Below, piece after piece: positions 26,298 to 41,248 of a DNA stretch of 64,000 nt. Within the stretch, counting starts at the first letter, position 1. Every line of letters begins with the position of its first letter. Both the position numbers and the translations under genes were made by a program. Under the pieces are notes generated by a model. That model saw only the letters and a list, made by a program, of their open reading frames with translations. It was not told the origin of the DNA and ran no database searches. This DNA comes from the human T2T-CHM13v2.0 reference genome, Homo sapiens: assembly GCF_009914755.1 (NCBI RefSeq), contig NC_060927.1; one strand, 5' to 3'.

Positions 26298-28677
26298 TTG
26301 ACAATTGTTAGGATTATTGTTTTATATATTCACACACAAAGCATTATTAATATGCATTTCTTACTAAGATATTTAGACTTGATGCATATGCAAATATGAT
26401 GAGGTGAGAGAGATGGTATTTTTTAATGTATTTATCATAAAAACTATCTTTGGGTATTTTCTTGAAATGAGAAATTAAGTATATTTTTAGGTTACATATA
26501 AAATGTACATATATGTTACAATGGGTAGAGAGAAAGCTTAACTTCTAAACAAAGGTAACACTTTTAATTTTGGAAATTGTATTCTAATGAAGCAGATGGA
26601 AAAGCTGTAGGTAAACTTCAACTGCCATTAATTATGTATATCTGTTGGATTTCAACAGCTGGTATCATTATAAATGTTATTAGCCTTATTAGGCATGTAT
26701 GTAGCATTTTATTGCAAGATGTTTTACAGTCTTTAATTAGTTCATAACAGTCTTAAGAAATGGATGAGAGTGGTTATACCATATTTCAAGAAGCAAAAAC
26801 CAAACTTGCAATAATTATCTCTACAACTAATGCTGTTGGTATTTTACATATAGCATAAACACAAATTCTCTAATAAGTGCTTATAATCATACTCTCTACT
26901 CCGTTTGAAATTCAGCTTTTACCTAAATCTTATGATGTTATTTGATCACCATGCTTTTACATGTTTCTGACATGAGACAATTCTCCTTCATTCAGTGCTT
27001 TTTGAATAGTCTTTTAGGGGATGAGTATTAGTTTTGTCTATTGTTTTTTTCTTTTACAAAAAAAAAATGGTTCTCTACAGGAACATAGCTTTAAATAAAT
27101 TATTTTAACTTTAATTTTATAAAACTGGGACAGCAGCATAAGTCTACATATTTAAAATATTGATATATAACTTCCAAAATAGCTTTTGAGTTTAAAATTT
27201 TTATAATAGAATAGAATAATATAATTTTTATAATTCTATTCATAGTCTGATCAAATTTATAAGCATTAAATAAATCTAACACTCTCACCACAACTATGTG
27301 TACTAATCAAACAATCAGCAAAAAGTGCTTGGACATTAATCTAGGTGTCAGATGCTTTTTAAAGTTAATGGAGTGGATTGGATAGTGGAGATTATGACTT
27401 TTGCTCTGTTAAAACAATGAAGACTTAAAGCTATTTAATTCTCTTTGTAGAGTTTTTTGCATAAACACCTTAAAAATGTTTAAAACTATATTGATGATTA
27501 TGTGACAATTAGAACATGTATGGATAATAAAATGAATGATTTTAATTAGCTTAAAGGTGATAATTTATATTCACTTGGCACTGTTACTTGACACAGTGTA
27601 TTACTTAACTAGTTAAAATTAGGTCATTTAAACATTTAAGATGTTAATTAGCAGTTTATAGGCAATTGAATATATTCTCAACTTTTCTACATTTAATATA
27701 TTCATCTCTCTTATTTACCTTCTCATGAATACAATTCAAGAAAATGCATATTTCACACAAGGACAAGTGTAAGTTAAGTGGTACTGAAAATAATTACAGA
27801 AAGAATTATTGCTGCACAATTCTTATGAAACCGAACTAGAGCTACACTATTGATATATTTATTGGAACCATCATCAGGGTGAATTTTAAATTATCATTTG
27901 GGTTTATTGACTTCAGATAGGTCACTGAAATGAAAACTGTATTATTGCACATGATGCTTGCTTGTATTGCTCCAGGAATAGCACTGAAGACTAATCATTG
28001 CCAAGGGAATTTATTAAATAGCTATTCATAAACTAGCACTATCCAAAGTTGCAGAAACAGGATCAGAAGTGATATCTAGTACCTGTGCTCTAAGGGCATA
28101 ATATTTGAGCCAAATATAACTATTAAAAGATTTGTAGTATAGATTAAAATATTCACTTTTCATTGAGACAAAAAAGCTTAAGCTCAGTTTCTATAGAAAT
28201 GAAGACTAATCTGTGACTTTTTCAGTAATTTTTCATTTTAACTCTGGAAATAACCACTCCAGCATAAGAATATATTTGAATAATCAAAAATAAATAAAGG
28301 CTTTGTTTTTTATTTCAAAAATTGAATTATATATGTAAATCAGATTAAACACAAAAGATGTTCAACACACAATTAATTTAAGAAAACCTTAAAAATTGCA
28401 GGCACAGAGGATGTTAATAATGTGGTAATTAAAATGAAATTCTGAATTACAAATGTATTCCCCACTATAAAGAGAACCTTTTATGAAGTTAATCTATTAT
28501 TTGATTTATAATTCTTTGGATTATTTACAACTTTTTAAGAACATATTGTTTAAAAGGAATGCCTGAACTGAGTCATTTCCTCTTTAACAGAAATAAAGAT
28601 AACTATCAATATAATTAACTTTATGTGGGTCACCATTGATAAAAATTTACCTACTTTTGAATCATTATGTATCTTAC

Positions 28678-28948
28678 AGCAAAGTGGTTCCCAACTTTGC
28701 CTCCTTTTTAAAATCACCTGGAGGGTTTAAAAATCTATGTCCAAGTTATTTATGTGTTTGTTTTTATCAGGGTTTTCAATACAAGGCCAAGGATTAGAAA
28801 TCAGTTTTTTAGATTAGTCATTTGTCAAACTTAAAATGCAATTTCCAATCCAAGAGCTCAAGACATAGTCCAAGATTTTGTATCTCTAACAGGTTCCCAC
28901 GTGATGTGGTAGCTGTAGGTCCTTGGACGTCACCTTGAGAAGCACGGT
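28678..28948. mobile_element. MER5-type hAT DNA transposon fragments
   Basis: CAAAGTGGTTCCCAACTTTG...AATCACCTGGAG and TCTAACAGGTTCCCACGTGATG...CACCTTGAGAAGCAC. Confidence 0.55.
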
Positions 28949-29856
28949 GTAAAAGAACTTTTATCAATACAATATTACTCAAATATTATGTGATAATCTA
29001 ATGCATTATGTATTTGATAAAAGAAAGCAGAGCTATATGAAATTTGTGACTTTTTTCTATAATTGTTAATTCTTTATAGTGTTATTAATGTTATTAAAGC
29101 TTAAAAATTTGTTGGACATAAGCTTAAATTTTATTACATTGACTATAGATCTTTAGAAATACTTATTGATATAGCATGATATATTGTTCTTTGGATAAAT
29201 GGTTCTGTATATAGTGTTCTAATTATTTAGAAGATTTTATTTTTCTATAGTATTTTTGAAGATTTAGGATATCAGTAGTATAATTCATTTGAGTACCTAG
29301 AAATTTTAAATGACTTTATTAACATTTCCAGAAAGTTTGTCTGTCTGTTTTAACGTATTATTTTATTTGAATCAAGAAAAAAATTAGGGTCCAGTTATTT
29401 CCTTTGATAATAATACATTACAAACACCATTCATCTAAAAATCTCAAAAACCAAATCATATAGGTTGTTGGTAATCTACAGATTGATTAATTCTGCTGTA
29501 GTTTGATTTGATTAACCAAGAAGTAATTTAAAAAGGAATACAATCAATATATATCTTATGCCTCTAATTTTGCAAATTGTGTTCTTTTCACTGTATGTTG
29601 AGGAGATACTAATAACATTAATCTGCTTCTTTAAATTTACTTTGCTTCTGTTACTTATATTCAGTTGAAGAATCTCATTTGCCATCACTTAATTACATTT
29701 TATTAATCAAAGCCATACATCTATGTAGTCATTTCCTTCCCAGTTATCTTCAATCTGATTAATACAAGTAACTTTTTAAAGTGATCCTGTAAGTATATCA
29801 AACATGAAGTGAAACAGTTATTAAAGCTATTTTGATTTTGAATATTGACATCCTGA

Positions 29857-30214
<358 letters not shown>

Positions 30215-32167
30215 CACAAAGGTGTTTCTAAACTGCACCACTTTATAAATTGGACTGGGATGTGTTACTGCTGTTTAAATACTATTTTTTTTCAATTTTT
30301 TAGAATCACTACCACCACTACCATCAGAGTAATGATAAGAAAAGTCTCATGTTTTGTTTGGTACAGAAGACAGTGTTTAATTTAGAACGAGCAAGATTTA
30401 TTAACTTTTTAATCAAAATGAAACAGCCATAGAGCCTTTTAAAAAAATTTATGAGCTAGGGAGAAGTGTGAAATATATCAAACTAATGTGTATGAAAATC
30501 ACCCATTGAAAGCACACCTCAGGTAACATTCCCTAGAATTGTAAAACTTAGGTACTCATCAATGCGTTAAACTAGCTCACACTTCTGTGCAGTGGTTGAG
30601 GTGATTTAATTATTGTCATGTTGAAAAGACACATGCTATCTGGGTACATAATGACTTCTCGGGAAACAATGACAATTAGACAGTCACTTCTATTACAGCT
30701 CCTGCAGCGTGCATTGCTAACAAGGTCCACGAGTCATAACACCAGACACCAAAGTGCGACCATCCCTTTCTTTCTCTTGTTTGAAAAGAAATGGAACAAG
30801 CCATCCAACACAATACTCCAATCTTCCCTATTCAGTAGTATTATATCTTCTCAGGTCTTATATTTCTTTTCTGAAGATATTTTTGTAAGCTTCATTTTAG
30901 TTTTGAACAAAATGTATCCTAGAATTTTGAGAACTGCAGAAGCAAATCAAAGTCCATATCTAAAATATACAAAATATGTAAATAAAAATTATACATTAGC
31001 AATTTTTGTTATTTCAAATCCAGATATTTTTTATAGTGACATTAACAGCAAGGAAACATTACAATATAAATGACATTAAAATTGTCTGTAAACTACAAAG
31101 CTGAAAATTAGATTTAAATTTATGATTCTCTTGTCTTTTAAATTTTGAAACAATTTAATACATATAAAAAAGTTGAAAAGTAGTACAGATATTTTCTGTG
31201 CAACCTTTACCCAGTATCCCCTAATAATAACACTTTGCTTAATCACAAAATTAAGATATTAATACTAATACTATGCTAATAACTAAGCTAAAAGGTTTTA
31301 TTTAGATTTTACAAGTTTTTCCACTAACATTATTTTTCTGTTCCAGAGTTCAATCCAGGATTCAAAAGTGCATTTGGATGTTAGGCATCCTCCAATCTGG
31401 AACAGTTATTCAGACCTTTTTGTTTTCAATGACCTTGATATTTTTGAAGAATGTTGGTAAGCTATTGTCTAGAATGCGCCTCAATTTGGGTTTAACTAAT
31501 GTCTTTTCATGATTAGATTTGACATACATTTTTTTTGACAACAATAATATGTAGCATTTGCCCTTCTCAGCGAAACATGACAAGATAATGGTAACATATC
31601 TGATTGTTGGAGATGCTAACTTTGATCACTTGACTAAAGTGATGTTTCTGACTTTCTTTCCTCTAGTTATTATTTTTTCTTTTATAATTAATAAATATCC
31701 TGAGAGAAATCCTTTGAGACTATGCAAATATTTGTTTTTCTTCAAGCTTTTGATCACCCATTTTGTTATACAATACGGATCTTGCCTTCTTTTCATTTGT
31801 TTTCCTTCTAGCTTTTGATCACCAATTTTATTATTCATTATGGATCTTGCCTTCTTTCATTATTACTGTAGTGTTCTAATGGTGATATTCTACTTTCCTC
31901 ATTCATTCTGTATTACTCATTGAAATTTTCCTGTAAGGAGGAACTGTGCCATATCTCCCAATAATCTTTTTATTCAATTTGTGTATTTATTTATGAAAAT
32001 ATGAACTCATGGGTATGGATTTTATCCTATGGGTTATAATAATATACTATTTGATTATCAATGTTGTTGCTAAGTTTGTTTCAGGTTTGGCTATTTGGAG
32101 CTATTTTGCAATGTCTTATATGCCCTTTCAAGATGCATGTATCTATGCCTATGTCCATGTCTGCCTG

Positions 32168-32178
32168 TCTATCTATTT

Positions 32179-32224
<46 letters not shown>
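32168..32224 (+). repeat. (TCTA)n microsatellite
   Basis: Directly visible. Confidence 0.95.
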
Positions 32225-32392
32225 CAGCATTTCTCTACTCTCTTGCACCCTATGATTCTCCAGGCATAACTTGATTTTCCCTGCTACAAGTCTGGAATCA
32301 ATCATTTCTCCAAGAAGCTCTTGTTTCTTTTCTTAGAAAATTGTATTTAGAGACCAAAATAAGTGCATTAATTGTGTTCATTGCTACAAATA

Positions 32393-32849
32393 TGACATAG
32401 TTTGGATATTTGTTCCACTCAAATCTTATGTTGGATTGTAGTCTCTAATGCTGAAGACAGGGCCTGGTGAGAGGTGTTTGGGTCATGGGGGTGGATCCCT
32501 CATGGCTTGGTGCTATCTTCATGAAAGTGTGTGAGTTCTAGCAGCATTTGGTTGTTTAAAACTGCGTGGCATAGCCCCTGGCATATTCTCTCTCTCTCTC
32601 CCCCCACCCCCTCTCCTCCTCTGCAGAAGATACCACACCCCCTAGCTCACTTGCTCCCATTATCATCATGTGATGGGCCTGCTCCCACTTTGCCTTCGGC
32701 CATTTACAAGCTTCCTGAGACCTCAACAGAAGTGAATGTAGCTATCCTTCCTGTACAGTCTGCAGAACGTTGAGCCAATTAAACCTTCTTCTTATAAATT
32801 ACCATGTCTCAGTTATTTATTTATAGCAGTGCAAGAACAGCTTAATACA
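32393..32849 (+). mobile_element. MaLR MSTA/MSTB solo LTR
   Basis: TGACATAGTTTGGATATTTGTTCCACTCAAATCT...TTTATAGCAGTGCAAGAACAGCTTAATACA. Confidence 0.85.
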
Positions 32850-33295
32850 AAGAGTACATTATTTCTAGGGCCTCTCAATAGACAGAGCTAGGAAGTAGAA
32901 TAATGTATACTAACTGGTGTATAATATATATTTTAAGGAGTTTTTACATTCAACACCAGAGAACTTATTTCTTCAATAAGAAACTAAGTTGTAATACTTA
33001 TTATTGATTGATTGATTGATTAAATGCTAATATACGCATAACATAGTTTTATAATTGTAAGCCATACACCTGTGAGGAAAACAATTACTAAATATTATTA
33101 ATGGAACACAGTATTTGCATACAGTTAATTTTTTTTATTTTTACTTTGCTCTTATACCACCCCTGAAACACCATTTTCCAAATAGTTACAGAGGTTTGTT
33201 TATTTTCATCCTTACTCTCTTAGGTGTAATTATTAATTTGTAATATACTTAGGTTTATCTGTTACTGACTTTATTCTACTTTCAGTTTCCCTCTT

Positions 33296-33633
33296 TGTGA
33301 TCCTCTAAAATTTATATGTTTAAGCCCTAATTCCAATATGACTGTATTTGAAAATACTTCAAAGAGATAATTAAGGTTAAATGTAATCATAAGGGTGGGA
33401 CTCTAATCAATATGACTGGTGTCCTTCAGGAATGTGGTAGCACAGTGAAAAAGGTTGTGTAAAGACCCAGCATGAAGGCGGCCATCTGCAAGCCAGGAAG
33501 AGCAGTCTTAGAAGAAACCAACCCTGCTGGCAATTGATCTTGGAATTCTAGTTTTTGGAACTTTCGAAAACTAAATTGTTGTTTTAGCCTCCTGGTTTTT
33601 GGTATTTTGGGTCAGCTTGAGAAGACTAATATG
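33296..33633 (+). mobile_element. MaLR MLT1A-like solo LTR
   Basis: AATTAAGGTTAAATGTAATCATAAGGGTGGGACTCTAATCAATATGACTGGTGTCCTT...GCCATCTGCAAGCCAGGAAGAG. Confidence 0.8.
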
Positions 33634-34288
33634 CTCTCCTTTCCTGGTTGATTTTTAAAAACTTAAACAGTAAAATTTATTATTTTTGGTATAAAATTAT
33701 ATGTAATTTAAAAACATTTTTATTTTTTCCTAAGGGTATTATTTTACATAACTATAATATCAAACTCAGAAAATTGGTATTAACATAAATCTATAGAACT
33801 TATTCAAATTTCATGCTTTCATGTATGTGTATGTGTTTGTACATAGCTTCCTTTCATGGAAAGCCTACCGTCATTTGGAGGTGGAAGGAGGTCCTTCTGA
33901 GAATTTCTGGCCGAGGCTACCTGTCGGTGCTACCTGAAGGCCCTTGGGCTAACTCCAGCCCATTGGATATCATGCACAGGATTTGCAAACTTTTCCTATT
34001 GCAGTTACCTTCTTTCCTTTCTGCAGCTGCTATCCCCTCTCTGTATGCAGCATAGCAGGACTTTTTACAGCCCAGGGAGATAGTCTTGTTAGGCAGGATT
34101 AGTGGGTGCTGTAGTAACTGGGAATGTAGCTCAAGGGATTGCTGTTTTTTGTGATTTTTCTAGAAACAGGGGAATTTCATGATCCAGGTTTAAGAGATTA
34201 TCTAACTCTCAATGATGGCACTTCCTGGGGTTGGACTTGGATGGGGGGTTATTTCCCCCCAATTAATGTTCCTCTCTCCATTTACACT

Positions 34289-34600
<312 letters not shown>

Positions 34601-35501
34601 CAGGCTGTTTCTTTTTCCATGGGAGGGGCCATAACTGCCCAGTTGAAATGGATAGACTCCCTATGAGACTAACTTTCTCTTAACTGGGAGGCATGTTGTG
34701 GGGGCCTAACACACCTTAGATCTCTCTCTTTACCTCTTTGTCTAAAGAGCATATGGAAGCAAAGCTACTGTCTTATATTTCAAGGTTTGTAGCGCCACCT
34801 AGTGGAATGGGAATCCTCTCTACGGGGAACCTTGATGGCTCTTTGCCAAAACTTCTAGTTTTCCAATTCTTCACTCTTTTGTGCCCTTCTACTAGTGACA
34901 AGGTTTTATTCTCCCTCTGTGAGTGGCAAAACTCTCTCTTTGATAGTGAGGAGGTAAATGTCTTCTGAAACCAAATTTCGGCCTCATGTGATTCCTACAT
35001 TCTTTTGAGACACCTATTCTGCCATCAATTAGAATGGTATTTAAGTAGAAAGGGGCTTTTAGGTCTGGAAGTCAACTGGAACCACTGCTTAAGAATAAAT
35101 ACTTTAGCATGGGCCATAATAGCAGAATATAGGGCTCAACCCAGAATATTTCCTCCATTAAGAGGCCTGGCCCAAATGTAACTGTTACATAGTCTCTCAA
35201 GAGATCCACCTATCAGGGAGCCAGGCAGATCCCACAAGTGTAGGAAATCAAAGGAAAATCATCAGCAGAGAAATGGGGTCTTGCAGGTGAACATGACTAT
35301 TACTGCTGCTTAGCTCCTCCAGATCCATGTGTGAGGGTCATGCCTTCATCGATGGTTGGCACCTTTAATAGATGCCAGGCCCCCAGAGAACCGAGGAGGG
35401 AAAATAGAAGGGGGGACATCCCCAATGTTTTGCTCTCTACCCTAGGTCACTCCAAAGGAAGAATGAAGACTGAGGAACACCTTTGTCCTTTTTCTTTGTA
35501 G

Positions 35502-35790
35502 ATGGGTAATAAACCATCTTCAACCTGCACTCCCCTTGAGTGCAGATGGGATCACTGGGACTCCTTTGACCATTAACTGTAAACAAAAATTGCCTCATAT
35601 TCATTTGCACTCAGGCATGGCTATCTCACCAACAGCAGAATGGGGGTGAGGAGCTGGTCTCTTCAGGAAAATGCTAATATCAATAATATTGGACAACTAG
35701 ATCTTTTCTGCAGGTGGAAGGGCAAATGGTCTGAGGTTCCCTATGTGTAAGCATTCTTTGCCTTGTGAGACAACCCAGACCTTGTCATCA
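35502..35790 (+). pseudogene. Degenerate gammaretroviral-type gag matrix domain
   Basis: MGNKPSSTCTPLEC..HWDSFD ... LIFICTQAW ... [28 protein letters not shown] with stops and frameshifts. Confidence 0.85.
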
Positions 35791-36671
35791 TTGTAAAATG
35801 GACACTGTTCTCTTAACGATCATATAGGCAAGCCTACAGGAGATAATTCCTCAAAGTCAAAGAACCAAACTCCCAGGGAACCCTCAAATGCAACTTCCAG
35901 ATGCCCTGGCACTTCCTGCACCCCTATTCACATCAACAACTTCTCCAGTTCTACCACCCAAAACCCCAGATTTTTCTATGTTTTTTTTTTCTTCCTTCTT
36001 TCCCAGTTGTAAATAGCTCCTATCTCTTCTTTTATAATGTCCCTCCAAACTGGGGAAAGTTAATTTCTCAAACCTTAAAATGCTTGGCTAAGAGTTGAGC
36101 TTGAGGGAAGGGAACCCAAGCTTGACATGCTGGCAAAAAGGTAAAAATTTTGTTGCCAGTTGGGCTTTTGGCTTCTCTCTCCCTTTGCAAACTGGTAAAA
36201 GGAATAATAAGGATCACTGTTTATATTCTCTGTAGAGTTGTGATTAATGAAAAAGGATTTGTGACGTTAGTTTTAAGCTGAAGTCAATCTGGTGTGCTTT
36301 GTGTGTCCTTCTGTATGGTTCTGTCAGAAAGAGGGTTACCTTAGGATAGAATGTGAGTCTAGAACTCCATAAGCCTGCTGTTCAAGCCAGCCCGGTAAAC
36401 TGGTCAGTAACAAACTTTGTTACAGGCCTCCATTTTGTTTTACATTCTTGGGCATAACCTATAACCACATAGCAGAACTTTGTTTTAGCCTCTGCCATTT
36501 TGCAATGGCAGCCCAAGTTCAATCCTTGCTTGGGAAATGAGTACTTTTGGATTAATATCTGTGACTTCTGCCATTTGCTGATTCTCTTCTCCTCCATGAA
36601 CAACTTCTGACTTCCTTTCCTAATCCTTTCTTTCTCTGAGTTGCCTTTAAAGTTTCTAGATTTTGTAAAAG

Positions 36672-37369
36672 TGTAACTGCTCAATGGGCTCATCTTGTCT
36701 ACTTCCTGGACAGAACCTATTTATGAAAACAGGGCAGCTGCAATGAAGAAAGGGTGATTCACGTGGGCTGGCTGTGTGAGAGACTGAAGTTTTGTTATTA
36801 CTTCGGGTCAGTCTCCCTGAGCATTTGGAGAGCAGAGTTTTTGAGGATGGCTTTGTGGGTGAGGGGAGGCCAGTGAGCCAGGAGTGCTGATTGGCCAGGT
36901 CAGAGATAAAATTGTAACGAATTGAGGCTGTCTTCCTTTGCTGAGTCAGTTCCTGGGTTGGAGCCACAAAATCAGATGAGCCAGTCTATTGGTCTGGGTG
37001 GTGCCAGCTGGTCCATCAATTTCAGGGTCTGCAGAATATCTCAAGTGTTGATCTTGGGAGCAGTTTAGGGAGGGTCAAAATCTTGTGGCCTCCAGCTATG
37101 TGAATCTTAAACCATAGTTTATAATCTTGTGCTTGGTTTCTTGGTCCTACAAAGGCAGTCTGGTCCCCAGGCAAAAAGGAGATTTGTTCTTGGACAGGGC
37201 TCTTATCATCTTTGTTTTGGACTATAAACTATGAACTAAGTTTCTCCCAGTGTTGGTCAGCCTTCACCAAGGAATGAACAGGGACAGCTTGCAGGCTAGA
37301 AGTAGAATGGAGTTGGTTGGGTCAGATATCTTTAACAGTTTTAGTTACAATTTTGCAATGGTGATTTCA
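36672..37369 (-). mobile_element. LTR8-family solo LTR nested in the ERV
   Basis: Reverse complement starts TGAAATCACCATTGCAAAATTGTAACT...ACTCCATTCTACTTCTAGCCTGCAAGCTGTCCCTGTTCATTCC and ends ...GCAGTTACA; TSD AAAG/AAAT. Confidence 0.85.
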
Positions 37370-40300
37370 AAATCGGCTTACCACTTCTTTGAAAATAACT
37401 CGTACAATCGAAGTTAAATCATAACCTTAATTGAGGCTTGTTGGTTTCACCTGTCAGATTACATTTGATAAAGTTCAAAAGCCAGAAATCTTAACTGGTT
37501 GGCATGGCTAAAAGTCAGGTAACTAGAGATTTAAAAGGATTTTCTTAAAGATCACTCAGCTTAATTAAAACTGAATATCCAAGTTATAGGTATATTTAAA
37601 AGGCCTTTACATTTTTCTCTTCTTGGAGCTTGTTTTTATACAAAAGTTTTTTTCCTCAGTCAACTGAATTCTTTTTCTCTGTTTTGTCTTGCCACTCTTA
37701 TAGCATGCATAAGAGGCCCCAAAATAACTTCCAATGGTGTGGGATTCTTTGGGTGCCCCAAATTCCATTTTGAGAGAAACCTCTGTTTACTTCATGGAAC
37801 TCCAGGTATTAGAGGCAAATAGATCCTCTCAAAATCTGTTTTTGTCTTCCCCAGAAACTGCATTCTTTCCTAGCCCTACTTTTAAAGAGCCACACCCAGA
37901 GGACAATAATCCAATTAGGAAATTGGCAAACAAAAAATCTTGTAATGACTGGATCCTCTTCTGTTTTTCTACATTGTTATATATGTGTTTTGTGTGATGT
38001 CTATAAAAAGAGCTCTAACTGATTGGCCTAAAGAAAAATAAGTGCTTAATTCAAATATTTTTAATGGAAAGATAAAAGCTGTAATGCCTTTTAATTCATG
38101 TGACTTCAATCTTTAAGCATTAAAAATAGTTATAAAGATAATTGGTAAAAATGCAAATGTTGTCAAAATATAAATAGGTTGTCTAAATCATGTAAGTCAG
38201 ATACTAGGTTTGCTAAATGTTTTAAGGTTGGAAATTGCCTGCTTAACAACTTGGTAATGCCTGGGGACATACAAAATTAACCACACCACTATCTATGCTG
38301 GAAAAAAATCAGACTTTATTTGAGCCTAGCACATAATTAAAACAACTTACCAGATTTTACATTAAAGTTAAAAATTGCTAAAAGTTACCATTAAAACACT
38401 CAGATGAGACTACTGAAAATAGATTTACATGCAAGGTGTGTAAAAACAGTAAAATGTGTTTGTGGTAAAAGATGATAAAAAGGCACGGTAATGTAAATCT
38501 TGCCTAGGAATAAAGGATTATTTTGAAACCAATATAAGGGTGAAATTCAGCCTTCTCTCCCTTGCACAATATTTTCATGAAATAGTGAAGGATAATGAAA
38601 GATTTTTCATTTGCTTTGCAGATAGACTGCCAAAGGGAGGAAAGAGAAGACAGAAGACAAACTGTTTGGAAAGCTGTCTTCCCTCTTAATGAGTAAAGGT
38701 TTTTGCTTTCTTTTAAAATTTTTAAGTCATTATTTTGGCAAAATAAATAATGATAATCTGGATTTGCATTTAATAATATCAAGTGCTTTAAACCTCTAAC
38801 ATTTAACAGGCTTCTCAAAATCAAACTTCAGTTTCAAAATTGTCTACAGAGTGCCCCTGAAGCATCCAGAAGAGAGGTAAACAGGATTATTTAACATGTT
38901 AAGGTATGTAGGATTGCCAAAATTATGTTTAATCTTCTTTAGGTTATATTTCAGTGAATAATATTAACATATGTTTCAAAATCATATGGGATGTCTAAAA
39001 TCCTAATGTCTGAGTATATGCCATCAATCATAATTAAAATTATTGTGTTAAACTATTGTAAAACATAAAAATAGACAGATTTGTCCATCACATTTTTAAG
39101 TGTAACTACCCTGGATATTTCATCATTCAAACATGATTATTGTCTTGTTTTAGTCCCCTACAAAATATGGTTTATAATCAGCTATAGGACTTTGACAGGT
39201 GCTTTAATATGTAGGTTTCTGATAACTTTGGAAATTGTGACATGGGAGTAAAGGAAAATGTACGGGAATCATGAAGAGCTGAAATATTCCTGAATGTCAA
39301 ATAAGAGTTAACTGCAAGAACTAAACTAATAGAAATCTAAAGTAATCTTTCTTCAGTCGGCTTGAAACGTTGCTAATCCTTGTTTTGTTCTTCAGAGTCA
39401 AGGAAACTTTTAACTTATCTACTTTTAACAATTGAGTATACTCCTGTAAACAAAATTTGGAGTATATTTGTTTCTCTCTGCCTGGTTCCTCTACAGTTTT
39501 GATTCTTAACTTATGGCAATGTTGTTATTTTCATGAGTGCAATGAGAATCCATTTTATTTTGCAACAGGACACAATTGGAGAAACTGATTGTTTGACCAA
39601 GGCTGTGGCTGGACGGATGTGCTTCCCTTTATGGAAATCAAGCTTGACTTGCAAAGCCAATAAAAGCCCATTGAGAGAACTGGCTTCATACCATGTCTAC
39701 ACAGCCTCTGTACAGGGTTCCTAACCTGTGCTGAGTAAAGAATGTCACTTTTTAACAGAGCCAGGAACCCCATGTTCTTGGAACCTCAAAAAAAAAAAAA
39801 AAGGCATTCTCCCAACTCTTAGGTATTTGACAGTACAAACCCATGTCTGGGCTTGGCTTTGAAAAGTCTTATCTGAGATTCCTTGTGGTACAGAGTTCCA
39901 TCAAAGCTAATTTGAAAAAAACTATGTAAAAATAATTATTCTTGCTGTACTTTATGCAAATAATCAGGTCAAGTATACGACTAAATTTTATTTTGCAAAC
40001 AACTCAGTCCTATCATGGTTTGTATTCAACAAAAACGAGGACTGAAAAGAAAAAAAAAATATGTTTCAAAATTTATTTTATGCTTGTCATTAAATTTAAA
40101 TCTCATTGGTTGTTTTTTAAGTTCTTGCCCACCTCTTAGACTAACTCTGCTTATTTCTGTAAACCCACCAGCAATCTCCAGTTGTAGTTCAGAAGAAACA
40201 AAAAGGGATGGGTAATGTAAAAACCTCTACCATTATTCTACTTATGGGCAATTATCTTGCAAATCCTTTGATGTGATGAGAGTATATATGGTGCCCATAA

Positions 40301-40702
40301 CTCAGAGATTTATTTGTTTGGGAAATAAAACCAAAAAAGTTAACCAAAGCCAAGCCCCATGCACCCAAATCTTAACAGGAATAACTATAGTCACCCGTTA
40401 TCTGGGCATGTCGACAGCCTTGGGATTTTCAGGCTGTCCTTACCTCCCCCTGGTTTCATTTTAATACATTTCCTTTAATAACCTAAATTGCTTTTCCTTG
40501 ACTAAAGGCTATCAAGGTCTAAATGGTGATGCAAATGTAACCATACATGGGTGTGCCTTCCTTCCGAGGACACTTAAATCAACACTAGGAGGAACCCTAG
40601 CTGCTCTTCCCCTACACTACATCCCTCTCCAAGAGGAAGTAGCTAGAATTTAATACCATTCCCTCTAACAGCAATTAGGATCTCCACTGCTGAGGCAGGA
40701 AA

Positions 40703-41248
40703 TGAGAGAGGAGAAAGGAAAAAATTTGATCAGGTAGGCAGTTAGGGTGGGTCCTCTGTTGAATTCTTTCAAACAAAAGAACAGCCTGCAGGCACAAAAC
40801 GGAAACTTACACAGGGACGCTTGCCTAAGATGTGCCCACAGATACACAGATAAAAAAGGCAACTCAGATGACTTGCCCAGACATGCCCACAATAACAAAT
40901 TCCTTCCTCTGACACATGCACAGTAAGGGGAACAAAGCAATATAGAATAACTCAAGCTACAGGCCCTCATGCACATTAGGAGGACAGGGTGGAGTTACCA
41001 GAAATTTGTGCCTTATGCAAATGAGATGTCCAGCCCTCATTGATTTCTTATAAAAGCCTGTGCATTCAACTGTGAAAAATGCAATCCTTTCCTGGACTCC
41101 TCCCTGCTGCAGAGAGCTGTCCTCTTTCTTTCACCTGTTAAACTTCTGCTTCTGCTCTGATATCACCCCTGGTGTGTCTGCCTCCTTGAATTCTTCAGCC
41201 ATGAGACTATGAACTTTGGGTGTCACCCCAGGCAATGAGTCCATTTCA
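40703..41248 (+). mobile_element. MER50-type 3' LTR
   Basis: TGAGAGAGGAGAAAGGAA...GGCAGTTAGGGTGGGTCCTC start, ...CCATTTCA end; octamer ATGCAAAT 41015-41022 and TATAAAA near 41050. Confidence 0.85.

Larger units (their letters stand above)
31135..33290 (-). mobile_element. Old L1MC-type 3'UTR (interrupted)
   Basis: Antisense L1MC-like tail (TTTTGAAACAATTTAATACATATAAAAAGTTGAAAAGTAGTACAG; TTTTCTGTTCCAGAGTTCAATCCAGGAT). Confidence 0.65.

Noticed and set aside
30618-31073. Longest ORF (151 aa) as a gene
   Set aside because: No recognisable domain, composition typical of AT-rich non-coding DNA, no exon structure evident.
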